Under the pieces are notes generated by a model that saw only the letters and a list, made by a program, of their open reading frames with translations, was not told where the DNA came from and searched no databases. A DNA stretch of 64,000 nt from an uncultured Verrucomicrobiae bacterium (GTDB taxonomy: Bacteria > Verrucomicrobiota > Verrucomicrobiia > Chthoniobacterales > Chthoniobacteraceae): assembly GCA_963828525.1 (NCBI GenBank), contig CAWHEP010000002.1:1-64000 (forward strand), read 5' to 3'. Positions 28,135-38,158 of this stretch are shown piece by piece; position 1 is the first letter of the stretch, and every line of letters starts with the position of its first letter. The position numbers were made by a program, and so were the translations under genes.

Positions 28135-28711
28135 TTAAAAGTTGCCCCAACAGCCACATTCGGTGGGTTGCATCGAGGTTGGCACAGAATGGCATACAGC
28201 ACACTCTTTCTGAAAATTAAAAAAGAGCGGCATGCATCCCCTTGCGCCGTTCCTTTCCCGACACAGCCCATTTTTCATCGGCCCGAGCTTGCGTTGAATC
28301 CTCAGCCGAGAGCTTGTCAAAGAGGTTGTCAAAATCCGGGGGAACATTGTCGGTGAGCGACTGCCAGTGAAATTGTAACTCACTGTTGCGATCCTGAGAC
28401 TTGAGCGAATACACGTATGCGTCGTCCCACTTGCTAACGAGCGACCAGACCGAAACGACGAGCTGTCCCACGGTTACGACTCCGAGCGTTGGTAACAAGA
28501 ACGGAAGCAGTTTCGCATAATTGCTGAACGAAACGACGACACCACCACAAGAACCGGGACGGCGATGCCAAGGAAAGTCATTGCAGATGTTGGCCGGTGC
28601 GATAAAAGTTCGCCCTTCGCCCAAAAATAATTGCGGTCGCATAGGACTCCATGACCTTGTGGCATTGCAAGCGCTTTCGGTCTATCTCGTTCAATGGGAG
28701 AGAGCTGTCAT
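28135..28711 (-). pseudogene. Mobilome CxxCx(11)CxxC-type 2TM protein (frameshifted)
   Basis: YATAIIFGRRA...TFLGIAVPVL, QLVVSVWSLVSKWDD, GMHAALF, CAVC-x11-CGCW-GNF across several frames. Confidence 0.72.
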
Positions 28712-28720
28712 TTTAGGAGG

Positions 28721-29272
28721 TCAAGCTGGAGATTGAACGAACTTCACGATTGTCTCGATCTCTTCAAGCGTCGTGTCCAACCATTCGGTTCCAGGTGCCC
28801 GGCGCTTTGAGCCTCGCGCTTCCAGTATGGAATGGACTGCATCCTCAACCGCTGCAACCCGCTGGACTTCCCATGTTTTGAGAACGACAGGGTATTCAGC
28901 AGCAAGTTTGCTTGCACTGCTGCGCAACTCTCGCATCGGTATCGCCCGTCGTGGTCAGTCCAACCTTAACGGGGAACTTGCCGCGATTCCGCCCACCGCC
29001 GAGGTTTTCGAAGGCCCCGGACGATTCTCGGCAAAAATGGATGTAGAATCCAAAAATCTGGCGCATACTCTGCATCTTGTCCGACTCCGCCTTCTTGATA
29101 CGAGTTTCCAGTTGCTCCTGCGTGTACGTCTCCGCGAGCAACGGCTGGAAAATATCGCGTAGCATAAACGGCTCCTCCTCCAACGCACGGGCTACCTCGC
29201 TATCCGAGGAAGAAGTTCGTATCGTGCGGCTTTATAGACGTAGGGACGTGTTGGTTCGAATGGAATAGGCAT
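28721..29272 (-). pseudogene. GIY-YIG / T5orf172-like nuclease domain protein (broken)
   Basis: FPVKVG.T..D..ARV, VEDAVHSILEARG...PGTEW motif; several frame changes. Confidence 0.7.
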
Positions 29273-29281
29273 ACGCTATCC

Positions 29282-30204
29282 CTAGTTTGCCTTTGCCGGT
29301 GGCTCCTTGGGCCATATATACTCGTTGTAAAATTTCAGCATAATTTCGCCGGTCGCCTTCTCGAAAGAGAAAATCTTTGCGCAAAGAAAGGCAGTGCAGA
29401 TCCCAAAAATGAGCGCAAAACCCTCCATAAACGCGAGCCAGCCCAACGCCTCATCATCGCCCCTGATGTGATCCCACACTGGATCGTGGGGCCATCGCAT
29501 CGGAGCCTCTCGAAGGAGCCACCATATATCAGTAATAACAATGAACCCGATTGCTATTGCTGGCAGGAAAGCAACAGTGAAGTAACGATAAAACGCGCAG
29601 CCGTAGATGGTCTGCAATTCTTGTTTCGGATGACTAAGCTCTCTTATGGGAACGTCGGTCTTCGTTACTGTGACAAATATTGTATAGTCGGAAATGCCGA
29701 AACTGCTCGATGGGTCTCTAAGTCCGTCTCGTGAGATACGTCGATTAAGCAGCCGACCAATCAAGTGATTCTCTCTTCTTACGGCGTAATAGAACCAAGT
29801 CGCCAATATCCAAAGGTCCTTGTACGAACGAAGAATGGCGGCATCGCTCATTCCGATGTTCACCCCGAGTAAGCCGATGGCGACTCGTTCTGCTTTCGAC
29901 CCAGTCATGCAACATCGCTTTTTGTAATTCCGTGGTCACGCTGGGGTCTGCCGATGACCTTGAGGTGCAGCGATGGTGGCGTAATAGACGGTCGAGGCGT
30001 TGGCAACAACGGATCAGGATGGGTGACACTTTGGAATGTGTCATTATCGAGACCCAAGGCTAAGCGTCGATACCAAGAGAAATGTGAATTGAATTCCGCG
30101 ACGATCATGGCGACAGCGAGGACTGTCGACGCTATGAAGGCATAGCGGCTGCGGTGAAGTGCTTCCTGTGCGTTGCTTACGCGCAATGTCCACGTTTCAT
30201 TCAT
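29282..30204 (-). pseudogene. Multi-TM hypothetical protein (frameshifted)
   Basis: Hydrophobic segments spread over three overlapping minus-strand ORFs. Confidence 0.55.
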
Positions 30205-30317
30205 ATCCCAAATTGTCAACTGGTGCGTGACATTGCGGAGACTGGCGCAACTCCTGAGCGGCCGAAGGCACTGGAGCAGGAGTCGTGGCAAGTGGAGTAG
30301 ATAGCTGCATTGAATGG

Positions 30318-30746
30318 TTATGCGTGTCGGCTCTTTTGCGTTAACTCCCCCGAAAGAATAATGCGATCCAAACACCCGTGATAGTACAACCGGCACCGCA
30401 ACTGCGACGTCGGTGGGAGAGCCAAACCACCTGCTAAAAAGCCGATGCTCGTAGGAAACCCTATGGCCTCACGAGCCTCGCGGAAATTTGATTTGTAACG
30501 GTTAACATAGAAGCGGCTTGCCAACTGCACATAAGTCCACAATAAACCGAGGACGATGGCTACGCCAGAAAATAGACGTGGATCCTTAACCGCGCTGGAC
30601 GTGACAAGAACGAGCAACCCGGCGTGAAGGGTTGCGAACCCAGAAAAGCGAGTCCAGTAATAGCCCTGCTCGCAGGCCAGCTCGCTGTTGAGCCAGTCAA
30701 ATAGGTCTTTTGGCGATGGCGATGGAGGAGGGGTTTCGTTCGCCAT
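30318..30746 (-). CDS. Small 2-3 TM hypothetical protein
   Basis: EQGYYWTRFSGFATLHAGLL...LGLLWTYVQ TM hairpin; C-terminus may be frameshifted. Confidence 0.55.
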   Translation of the reverse strand: MANETPPPSPSPKDLFDWLNSELACEQGYYWTRFSGFATLHAGLLVLVTSSAVKDPRLFSGVAIVLGLLWTYVQLASRFYVNRYKSNFREAREAIGFPTSIGFLAGGLALPPTSQLRCRLYYHGCLDRIILSGELTQKSRHA

Positions 30747-30831
30747 GGAATTGAATTAAACGATCGTAGTGAAAGGCGCTTTTGCCTATTGCGGTTCACA
30801 TCGGGCTGGGCGGCTAGGTATTTGTGAAGGC

Positions 30832-31594
30832 ATGGCGGTAATGTTTCCTGAAGAGAAAAAACTTGCAAGTCGAAAACTGTTCGATCCCGGTTACGAGGTG
30901 ATGCGGTCTGGGTATCTGTGAGTTACGCAGAAGTGGGGCTTTCCTGTCTGCTGCCGAATCGCTCATCGAGGGGAACTGGGGGTCGGAGACGGGCGGCGAA
31001 CATTAACCGGAGAGTGGAGGGCGGACACGATGGAGGATCTCAAAAGGATGTTCGGAGCGAAATGGGCCTATCACCTCGGCGATGCAATACGGGGAATTCA
31101 GCTAAAGAATGTCGTCTATCCGACGCGGCCGCACGCGGAGCTTGATGGGCAGGACGTGTCCTGGATTCCGGAAGGAGCGACCGAAATTAAATACGGGAAA
31201 GACCGGAAATGGGAGATGCGCGTCGCGCAAAAGATGGAGCAAGCCATGTCGAGATCGTCAGTCCACCAGCGAAGGGAGTCTGCCGATACGTGCGCCCGCG
31301 GGGCCGAGCCAGTTTCAGAAGCAGCTGGAAGAGAAGATTTCCCGGGAAACAATGGAAGAGTGGGATACCGGCATGCGCTTTGAGGACATAATCCGACAAC
31401 GCGAAGCAGAGGAGAAAGCGGGAAGCAGTCAGGATATAGGCGCCGAAACACCTATCGGACATTTGTACCCTCCGCAAAACCCGTTTGAATGCTGCGCAAG
31501 CGAGGGTGACTGGGCAAGTGAAGCGCGGCAGCGAGTTCCTCCCGAGCCTGGGGATTTACAAGGGCGCGGCGGCGAGCGCCCTTGTTCCAAATAG
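30832..31594 (+). pseudogene. Degenerate hypothetical ORF
   Basis: Coding-like stretches in shifting frames; no family recognised. Confidence 0.3.
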
Positions 31595-31760
31595 AGCGAC
31601 GTTTTCGGTTTGGCGGCGCTGGTGCAGAAAGTTGCTGAAGACGCAACGGATGGCGACATTAGGTCGTTAAATGCGCGGTGCCGTAAGTCAGCAACTCTTC
31701 TGCCGAACCCTCACCAAACACGTTTCGATTTCAGGCCTCCAGACTCCGACCATTTTATTG

Positions 31761-32423
31761 TCAGATTCTGAGCATTAGATGACTGAGAACGGTCGATAAT
31801 TCAAGCGCATAGTTAGGAATCATAGCGGAAGTCCGCTTCGTCGTAACCAAAAATACCCATCCATTATCCAGAAAATCCCGCATTACTTCCCTATCAGGAA
31901 GCACAGCAGAACTTCCCCCACAAGAAATCGCTGCGATTGACTTATCAGATTTGCGGCATCGTGCTATGATCGAACTGTTATGTGAATCTAGCGAACCGTG
32001 GTGTGCAACTTTGACAAGATCGAACTGAGGCGTTTGTTCTGCCTTGCCGTCGATTGCACTGTAAAATGCCACTGCACGATTCATACCGCGACCATCCGTG
32101 TCACCCGTCAGCAGACCATCAAAATCCGCTTGGCCCCTGATTCGCAACGCGAGAACCACTGATGCCAGGTTTAACTCCTCCCTTACCTGTCCCGTTAGCT
32201 TGCCTTTTCTGAGTGCAGCTTCAATGCTGCTGCGGAGCACTACCGGAGTGATGATTGGAATCAATCTCACCGACTCCCCTTCACCTGCTACCACAAGATC
32301 GCTGCTCCTTTCGTGAGCCAAGAGATACTCGACTCCATCATCAAAGACATCGGACAACAACTCCCATAGGCGAACATATTCTCCAGGATTCGATTCGATA
32401 CCAGCTTGAAGATTCATTAATGC
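31761..32423 (-). pseudogene. ComEC/Rec2-like metallo-beta-lactamase-fold protein, N-terminus removed by IS66
   Basis: LLTGDT, DLVKVAHHGS, AAISCG motifs; frame meets the IS66 IR at 32424; no HxHxDH motif retained. Confidence 0.75.
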
Positions 32424-32828
32424 GTAAGCGTAAGCCGGAGCGCCTCTAGCCAGCGGTATTGGAGATGTCAGAGGATAGGCCTCTATGACATCTCCGATAG
32501 ATACAACAGAAGAGCCAACGATTTTAAAATGCGACGGCCTTGGCCGTGTAAGAATGCCAGTGGATCGCCGCGAGGCGCTGCTGGATGAATTCGAGAAGAG
32601 TGGACTGAGCGGCGCGGCGTTCTGCCGGATGACGGGGGTGCAATACGGCACATTCGCCAACTGGGTGCAGGCCAGGCGCAAGAAGCGGTTGGCGATGGGA
32701 GGAGCTGCTCCTGGCGCGGTGTTGTTCGGCCCGGACGAGAGCGATGGAAGTGTGCGGCTGTTGGAGGCGGTGGTCGAGGGCGGGAGCCGCTTGGGGGCGG
32801 ATGGAGGCAGGGCGGGGCTTGCAATCGA
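32424..32828 (+). mobile_element. Truncated IS66 (left IR plus partial tnpA, ATG 32485)
   Basis: GTAAGCGTAAGCCGGAGCGCCTCTAGCC terminus; MTSPIDTTEE...FEKSGLSGAAFCR closely matches the other tnpA. Confidence 0.88.
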
Positions 32829-32996
32829 ACGGCAATCCGTCTGGATGTGTGCGAAAAGACGGTCCGCCGCATGATCGATGACGGCGAGTTGGGGCCGGTG
32901 GTCAAGATTCGGGGCAGCACAAAGCTTTTTTCGAAAAACGTCAGGGCCTACGTGGAAAGGCTCGAATTGGAAGCTGAAAGGAAAACCTCAAGATGA
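32829..32996 (+). pseudogene. Excisionase/HTH_17 protein, 5'-truncated
   Basis: TAIRLDVCEKTVRRMIDDGELGPVVKIRGS; stop overlaps integrase ATG (ATGA). Confidence 0.75.
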
Positions 32997-34201
32997 TCTG
33001 CAATGTGTTCAAACCTAAACGGAAGACTGATGGCAAGAAGAGCCAGCAGCGAATGTATCGTGGCCGCTACAGGCTGGACGGTGACAGGAAACTCACGGAC
33101 GTACCCCTGCATACGTTCGACAAGCAGGTGGCGGTGGAGCGGCTAAAGAAGATCGTGCGGGAGAAGCAGCAGCAGCGGGAGGGGCTGATTGCCTCCAAGC
33201 CGCAGCGGGAGGCGGCACAGAAACCCTTGGCGGAGCACCTGGAGGATTTCATCCGGTCGCGGCAGTCCATAGGCCGGGATGAAAAGTACGTGAAGGAGCT
33301 ACGGAAAAAGGTGCTCAAGCTGGTAGAGGATTGCGGATGGGAGTTGCCCTGCCATGTGACAGCCGAATCCTTCGAAGCATGGCGAAATGGGCAGGAGAAG
33401 TCCGCCAAGATCCTGAACGAATACCTGGGGGCAATTTCAGGGCTTATGCGCTGGCTGGAAAGACGGGTCGGAGCGAATCCCCTGCGGTTCGTAGAAAAGG
33501 CCCGTGTGGGCGGCACACAGCAGCGGGACCGGCGCGCCTTCACTTTGGAGCAGCTTTGCGCTCCCTGGTCGCGGTTTCAGGGGGAGCGGGGCGTCGTGTA
33601 TCTGACAGCAGCCTTTACGGGCCTCCGTCGTGGAGAGCTTGGGCAACTGAAATGGTCAGACGTGCATTTGGATGCGGCCAAGCCGTTCATCAATGCGCGG
33701 GCGGCGATTTCGAAGAATCACAAGCAATGCTCACTTCCACTCACGCCCGCCGTCGTGGAAAAGCTGCGCCAGCATCGGCCAGAAGATGCGGAGCCGGGAG
33801 ACGTCGTGTTTCGCCGGCTGATTCCCCGGATGGATCGGTTTCGGAAAGACTTGGAAGCGGCAGGGATTCCCTACGTGGACGAAAAGGGAGAATTCGCGGA
33901 TTTCCATGCTCTACGGAATACCTTCGCAACCATGCTCACGCTGGCCGGGGTATCGCAACGCGTCATCATGGAACTGATGCGGCACAGCGATATGCGGCTC
34001 ACTGCGAAAGTCTATACGGACGCCGGCATGCTCCCCACTGGCGATGCGGTGATGAAGCTTCCGGCGCTGGTGATGGGTGACGAATCAGACTCACAAATAG
34101 ACTCACAAAAATTAGTCACGGATGGTCTTTCGGTGTCCCGTCCATGTCCAAGTGCTCGAAACGGCGAATGTCGCGGAAACCCTGATAAACAGAGGGTTTG
34201 A
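32993..34201 (+). CDS. Tyrosine recombinase / integrase
   Basis: TGLRRGE, DFHALRNT, MRHSD, VYTD catalytic R-H-R-H-Y set; adjacent to tRNA 3' end. Confidence 0.95.
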   Translation: MICNVFKPKRKTDGKKSQQRMYRGRYRLDGDRKLTDVPLHTFDKQVAVERLKKIVREKQQQREGLIASKPQREAAQKPLAEHLEDFIRSRQSIGRDEKYVKELRKKVLKLVEDCGWELPCHVTAESFEAWRNGQEKSAKILNEYLGAISGLMRWLERRVGANPLRFVEKARVGGTQQRDRRAFTLEQLCAPWSRFQGERGVVYLTAAFTGLRRGELGQLKWSDVHLDAAKPFINARAAISKNHKQCSLPLTPAVVEKLRQHRPEDAEPGDVVFRRLIPRMDRFRKDLEAAGIPYVDEKGEFADFHALRNTFATMLTLAGVSQRVIMELMRHSDMRLTAKVYTDAGMLPTGDAVMKLPALVMGDESDSQIDSQKLVTDGLSVSRPCPSARNGECRGNPDKQRV

Positions 34202-34234
34202 GGCCGATTTGTCCCGCGCTGTCCCGGCCTGTCC
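34087..34234. repeat. Short direct repeats in att-proximal arm region
   Basis: AGACTCACAAA x2 (34087, 34099); TGTCC at 34134/34145 and 34210/34220/34230. Confidence 0.6.
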
Positions 34235-34245
34235 AAAAGGTGAAA

Positions 34246-34320
34246 TGGTGCGCGATGCAGGGTTCGAACCTGCGACTTCTTGCGTGTGAAGCAAGCGCTC
34301 TACCACTGAGCTAATCGCGC
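34246..34320 (-). tRNA. tRNA-Val(CAC)
   Basis: Revcomp GCGCGATTAGCTCAGTGGTAGAGCG-CTTGC TT CAC AC GCAAG...GGTTCGAACCCTGCATCGCGCACCA with encoded CCA. Confidence 0.96.
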
Positions 34321-34347
34321 GATTGTGGCCCGGAGCGTATGCGCCAA

Positions 34348-34376
34348 AAGGTAGCGGCTCGGTTCATACCGGGCAA
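34348..34376 (-). promoter_or_regulatory. tRNA-Val promoter
   Basis: Minus-strand TTGCCC-17 nt-TACCTT. Confidence 0.5.
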
Positions 34377-34472
34377 CTCATTTCAACCCGCAGCATTGCG
34401 CTCCGCAGCGCAAGAGAAGGGAACACAAATCACTCCCGCAGCCCACTCAGGACAGCCGACTCCAACCCGCTG

Positions 34473-34658
34473 TCAGCGGACGAAAAGGACGTAGATAACG
34501 CAGCCCAAGGCGGCGACGAAACCGAAGATCTGAACAGGACCAATGGCTCTCAGACTGGCGATCCGGGAGCCTCCGCCCATCGGCGAGGGGCAGTGACGAC
34601 AGCGAGCATTCTCCGTCGAGACGGCGTAGCCACAGGTCGGGCAGGATTCTAAAGACAT
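34473..34658 (-). CDS. Small zinc-ribbon protein with C-terminal TM
   Basis: CPTCG...CRHC followed by a hydrophobic tail. Confidence 0.6.
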   Translation of the reverse strand: MSLESCPTCGYAVSTENARCRHCPSPMGGGSRIASLRAIGPVQIFGFVAALGCVIYVLFVR

Positions 34659-34750
34659 CCTCACCCTTCGCAGAATCCTACAAAGTAGCAAGTGGTTTAC
34701 GAAGCCTAGCCACCGTTAACCGAGAGTTGATTGGCGGTTTTACTTCCGTT

Positions 34751-37700
34751 TCATCGCACGACGTTGCTGACTCTGACTTCGTCGATATCTCCGTCGAAGT
34801 TCCCGAGAGTCAAAGTCCACGGCGTCGTGCGTCCAAAATTCATATTGAGCACGGAAGCTGTCACGGCTTGCGCGCCATCAAGCCAGCAAGTGACCTGGCC
34901 GGTCGCGTCCAGCGTGATTTTCAGTTTGTGCCAGGTGTTCAGAGTCACGAGAGCGTTCCACTGCGCGCTGGTCAGCAGCGTGTTCGAACCCGCCGCAAAC
35001 GTGGGTGCAGCCGGGCTGTTCCACTTCCCGTCGGCGATTTGAAGCAGAGCATCCCAGTTTTGATACAGCGCGATGACCGGATAGTTTCCAACGCTGTAAG
35101 CCTTGTACGCGCGGGGATAAAAGTGGGCTTCGAATGTGAGCGGCGAGGAGTTCTTCCCTGGCAGCAGGATGGAGTCCGGCATCTGGACGCTGAGCGTATC
35201 GCCGATGGCGTGGAAACGAGCGACCTGGCCTGACGGGTTGCTGTTCCAGCCGGTGTTATCTCCCGAAAGGATGGTATTGCCCGCAGCCGTGAGATTATAG
35301 CCATTGCCGCTGCAATCGGAATAGTCCGTGTCGAAGTGGTAAAGAGCGAGTGTGTTCGCGTCGGCCACGAAGGGGGCATCGCTGCTGGGCACGTAAGTCG
35401 AGATGCTCGAGGCGGCAAAAGCGCGGCGTCCGTCGATCCAATGAAGTTCCGCCTCGATCCATTGATTTCCCGCAGCCGTTGGGGTGAAGACGCAAGTGGT
35501 GCCGCCCCGAATGGGTTCCTGCCCCTGCACCTCCCACACCACCTCCGCGCCAGTGGTGTCGAGAGCGGTTTGCAGGTTGACCGTCGTGGGAACGTTGATC
35601 GGAACATAAGCCCCGGCCGTCAAAATCTGGGCAGCGGCAGAATTCCAACTCTGCGCCTGGCCTTGGTTCTGGCCCGCCAAAAAGGCAAGCGTGCCTAGCG
35701 CGCGCGACTGATTCACGATCTGTGGCTTCAGTAGTGGTATTGTAGCTGTCTCCCCAGCGGTCATAAAACGGTTGAGGGCTGGTCGTCGCGCCGTCCCAGG
35801 GGAAGGTGAGCTTCCCGAGCGAACTGCCATAGGGCCCGAGATAGGGAAAGCCACTTTGCACATTCCCGAGCGGCAGCCCGGAGGGAGGCAGAGCGCGCGT
35901 GTCGTTCTGGGCGTACTGACTTACGATTTCCCGCTGCCGCTTGTAGCCGATACCTGTCAGGTAGGAAACATTCATCGGATTGCATCCCCCTTCGTAGTTC
36001 ATGTTTGTCAGGATGGCGGTAACATAGTCCGGTTTTGGGTTCAGTTGATAGGCCACAGCCATGTCGAACGCCCTGTCCAATCCGAAATACCAGCCCGCGC
36101 TCTGATCCCGCTTCGACGGCAAATCGAAAGCGGTTCCATAGGCGCTCTCGCTGGACCGATTGAGCTGATCGTCGCCGGACTCCTGGATCTGCGTCACGCA
36201 TTTGGCGAGATAGCCAGAATCGAGCTGGCTCGCGCTGAGACGTCCGGATGACGCCGCGAACGCGTAAGTCCGGACCGCGCAGCCGTATCCTTCAAATAAT
36301 CGCCACCAGGACCAGCGCACAGTTGTCGGATCAGAAGGGTCGTACCACTGAAAAAGCTGTGTCTGGTAGGTCGGGTTTCCGGTGGCGACATACATGGCGG
36401 CGGCAGCCCAGGCCAACTCGTCATTATGGATGAAGGTATCGCCGTAGTGCGTCAGTTTTTGATACGCGCCGGCATTCCCATGCGCCGCGATCGCGCTCAT
36501 CAGGAAGCTCCAGCCTAGCTGAGCCTTCTGCATATACGCGGCGGACGCGTCGGGGAACTGCGTTTTGAAAAGCGGCGAGGAGGCTGTCTCCGCGAGCGCT
36601 GCCACGGCGGCCGCGGTGGCGGACGTGTTTTTAGGCCAGACAACCTGCGGATCACCATGGTCCGGCAGAACGTTTGATTCGTAGGCCCTGTCCCGCGGAT
36701 AAACCAGGAAGAAGAATCCTCCGTCCGTGTCCTGCATTTTCGCCACGAAATCCGCCTCCCATTTGGCCTCTTGCAAGAGGTCGCTCTTGCCATCGCCGCT
36801 TTCCGGTATGCCCAGGTTGTCGAGCGCGCCAGCATTTGGAAAATTGTCGGCGGCAAAGACGAGGGCGTGGATCATTTGCGCGCTGTCTATGATGTATTTG
36901 CTATAGTCCCCCGCGTCGTGGTGACCGCCGCTCACATCAATGCTGCCGGATAGCACATAGGGATAAAGCTGCGCGCTGCCGCTCGTCAGGGCGGGAGCGG
37001 TTTGCAGAGGGTTCGGACTGCTGTTCGCATTGCTTGCGATCAAGTTCCATGTATTGGCAAAGGCGCTCTGCGGCATGGGGATGCTCGCCTGCGCTGTGTG
37101 GCACGCCCCATGAGTAAAGCGCGTATAGGGCAAGCTGTTTGTCGTTCCGCACCGCTGGTGGTACAGCCCGAGAGCATAGGCGCGCGTGAAGTCCATGGCG
37201 ATCTGGGGATCGATCGTAAATGGCAATGAACTCCCCAATCCAGGAACCTGCAGCCGGTAGGTTCCCGGAGTGGTAAATCCGCTGAAGTCGGCTTCCATCA
37301 CGCCCGTGTAAGGCGTGGCCTGGTAAACCCAACCTGTATCCTGCCGAACTGCAAGCGTCCCGGAATACACCGGGGAGCCGGTGGTGGCGTCAACCACGCT
37401 GAAGACGCTGGACGGCACCGCCATCTCGCCAAGGCTGCCGAGGTAATATCCGACCATCGCCTTTTTCGAAGATTGCGCGATATAGCCCTCCTGGTTCGTG
37501 TGAATTGCCGGGCTATATTGCAGGACATTCGCTGTGGCGCTTAGCGATACCGAGGACGGCCATAGCGTCGCGTCCGGGTTTGCGACAGACACCACCTGCC
37601 CGCTAGTGATCGGCGTTGCGAGCTGGAGGTATAGCCTGTTGTCGATGCGAAGGTCGTATCTTGAAAGGGGCGCGTAGAGCGGGCGGCGTTTGAAGCCGAC

Positions 37701-38027
37701 TCCCGTCACACCCGTCTGGCTGCTGCTCACCGACACCGCGAATTTCGACACGTCCGGCAAAGACGGCGTCCCATCCGCCGCTATGAAATCCCAGTTATTG
37801 ACCCGCGCCGGGTCCGCCTGCTTCGTGTTGATGTTTGTAATCTCCAGCAAGGAGGGTGTCAGAATTTGTAACGCCATGTCCCCAACCTGGGGGAGTTGCA
37901 ACGTCGCGTAGTTGACTGCCTGCGGCGAGCTGACACTCTGGGGGGGCGGGCTGGATGAAAATGCCACCCGCATTACAAGCGCGCCGGCGAGCCCGGCAGC
38001 AGCAAAATACTTATATCGTGTCTTCAT
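34751..38027 (-). CDS. GH9 glycoside hydrolase with Ig-like and C-terminal LamG-like domains (indel near 35720)
   Basis: NQEGY, YHQRCG, GGHHDAGDYSKY, DELAWAAAAMY, TTTEAT; second ORF LALYHFD...NTWHKL...FDGDIDEVRVS. Confidence 0.88.
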
Positions 38028-38158
38028 GGGGAACCTGCGAGACTCCGGTCATAACCCTAGCAGAAAACATTCGCGCTGCATAGAAGTTTTTATCACCGCC
38101 GCATTTACCGCCAGATCCCCCTCTGAGTTCGAATTAACCCGGATCGCAATCCAAAACT

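Larger units (their letters stand above)
24656..34245. mobile_element. Degraded genomic island between convergent tRNA-Lys and tRNA-Val
   Basis: Integrase and xis next to the tRNA-Val 3' end, two IS66 copies, AT-richer cargo, many broken ORFs. Confidence 0.8.

Noticed and set aside
31723..31741. TTCGATTTC...CCA as a tRNA-derived att site
   Set aside because: Does not match the 3' end of tRNA-Lys, tRNA-Val or tRNA-Arg beyond a few bases
24773..32828. Active composite transposon formed by the two IS66 copies
   Set aside because: Second copy is diverged and lacks tnpB, tnpC and the right IR; no flanking TSD
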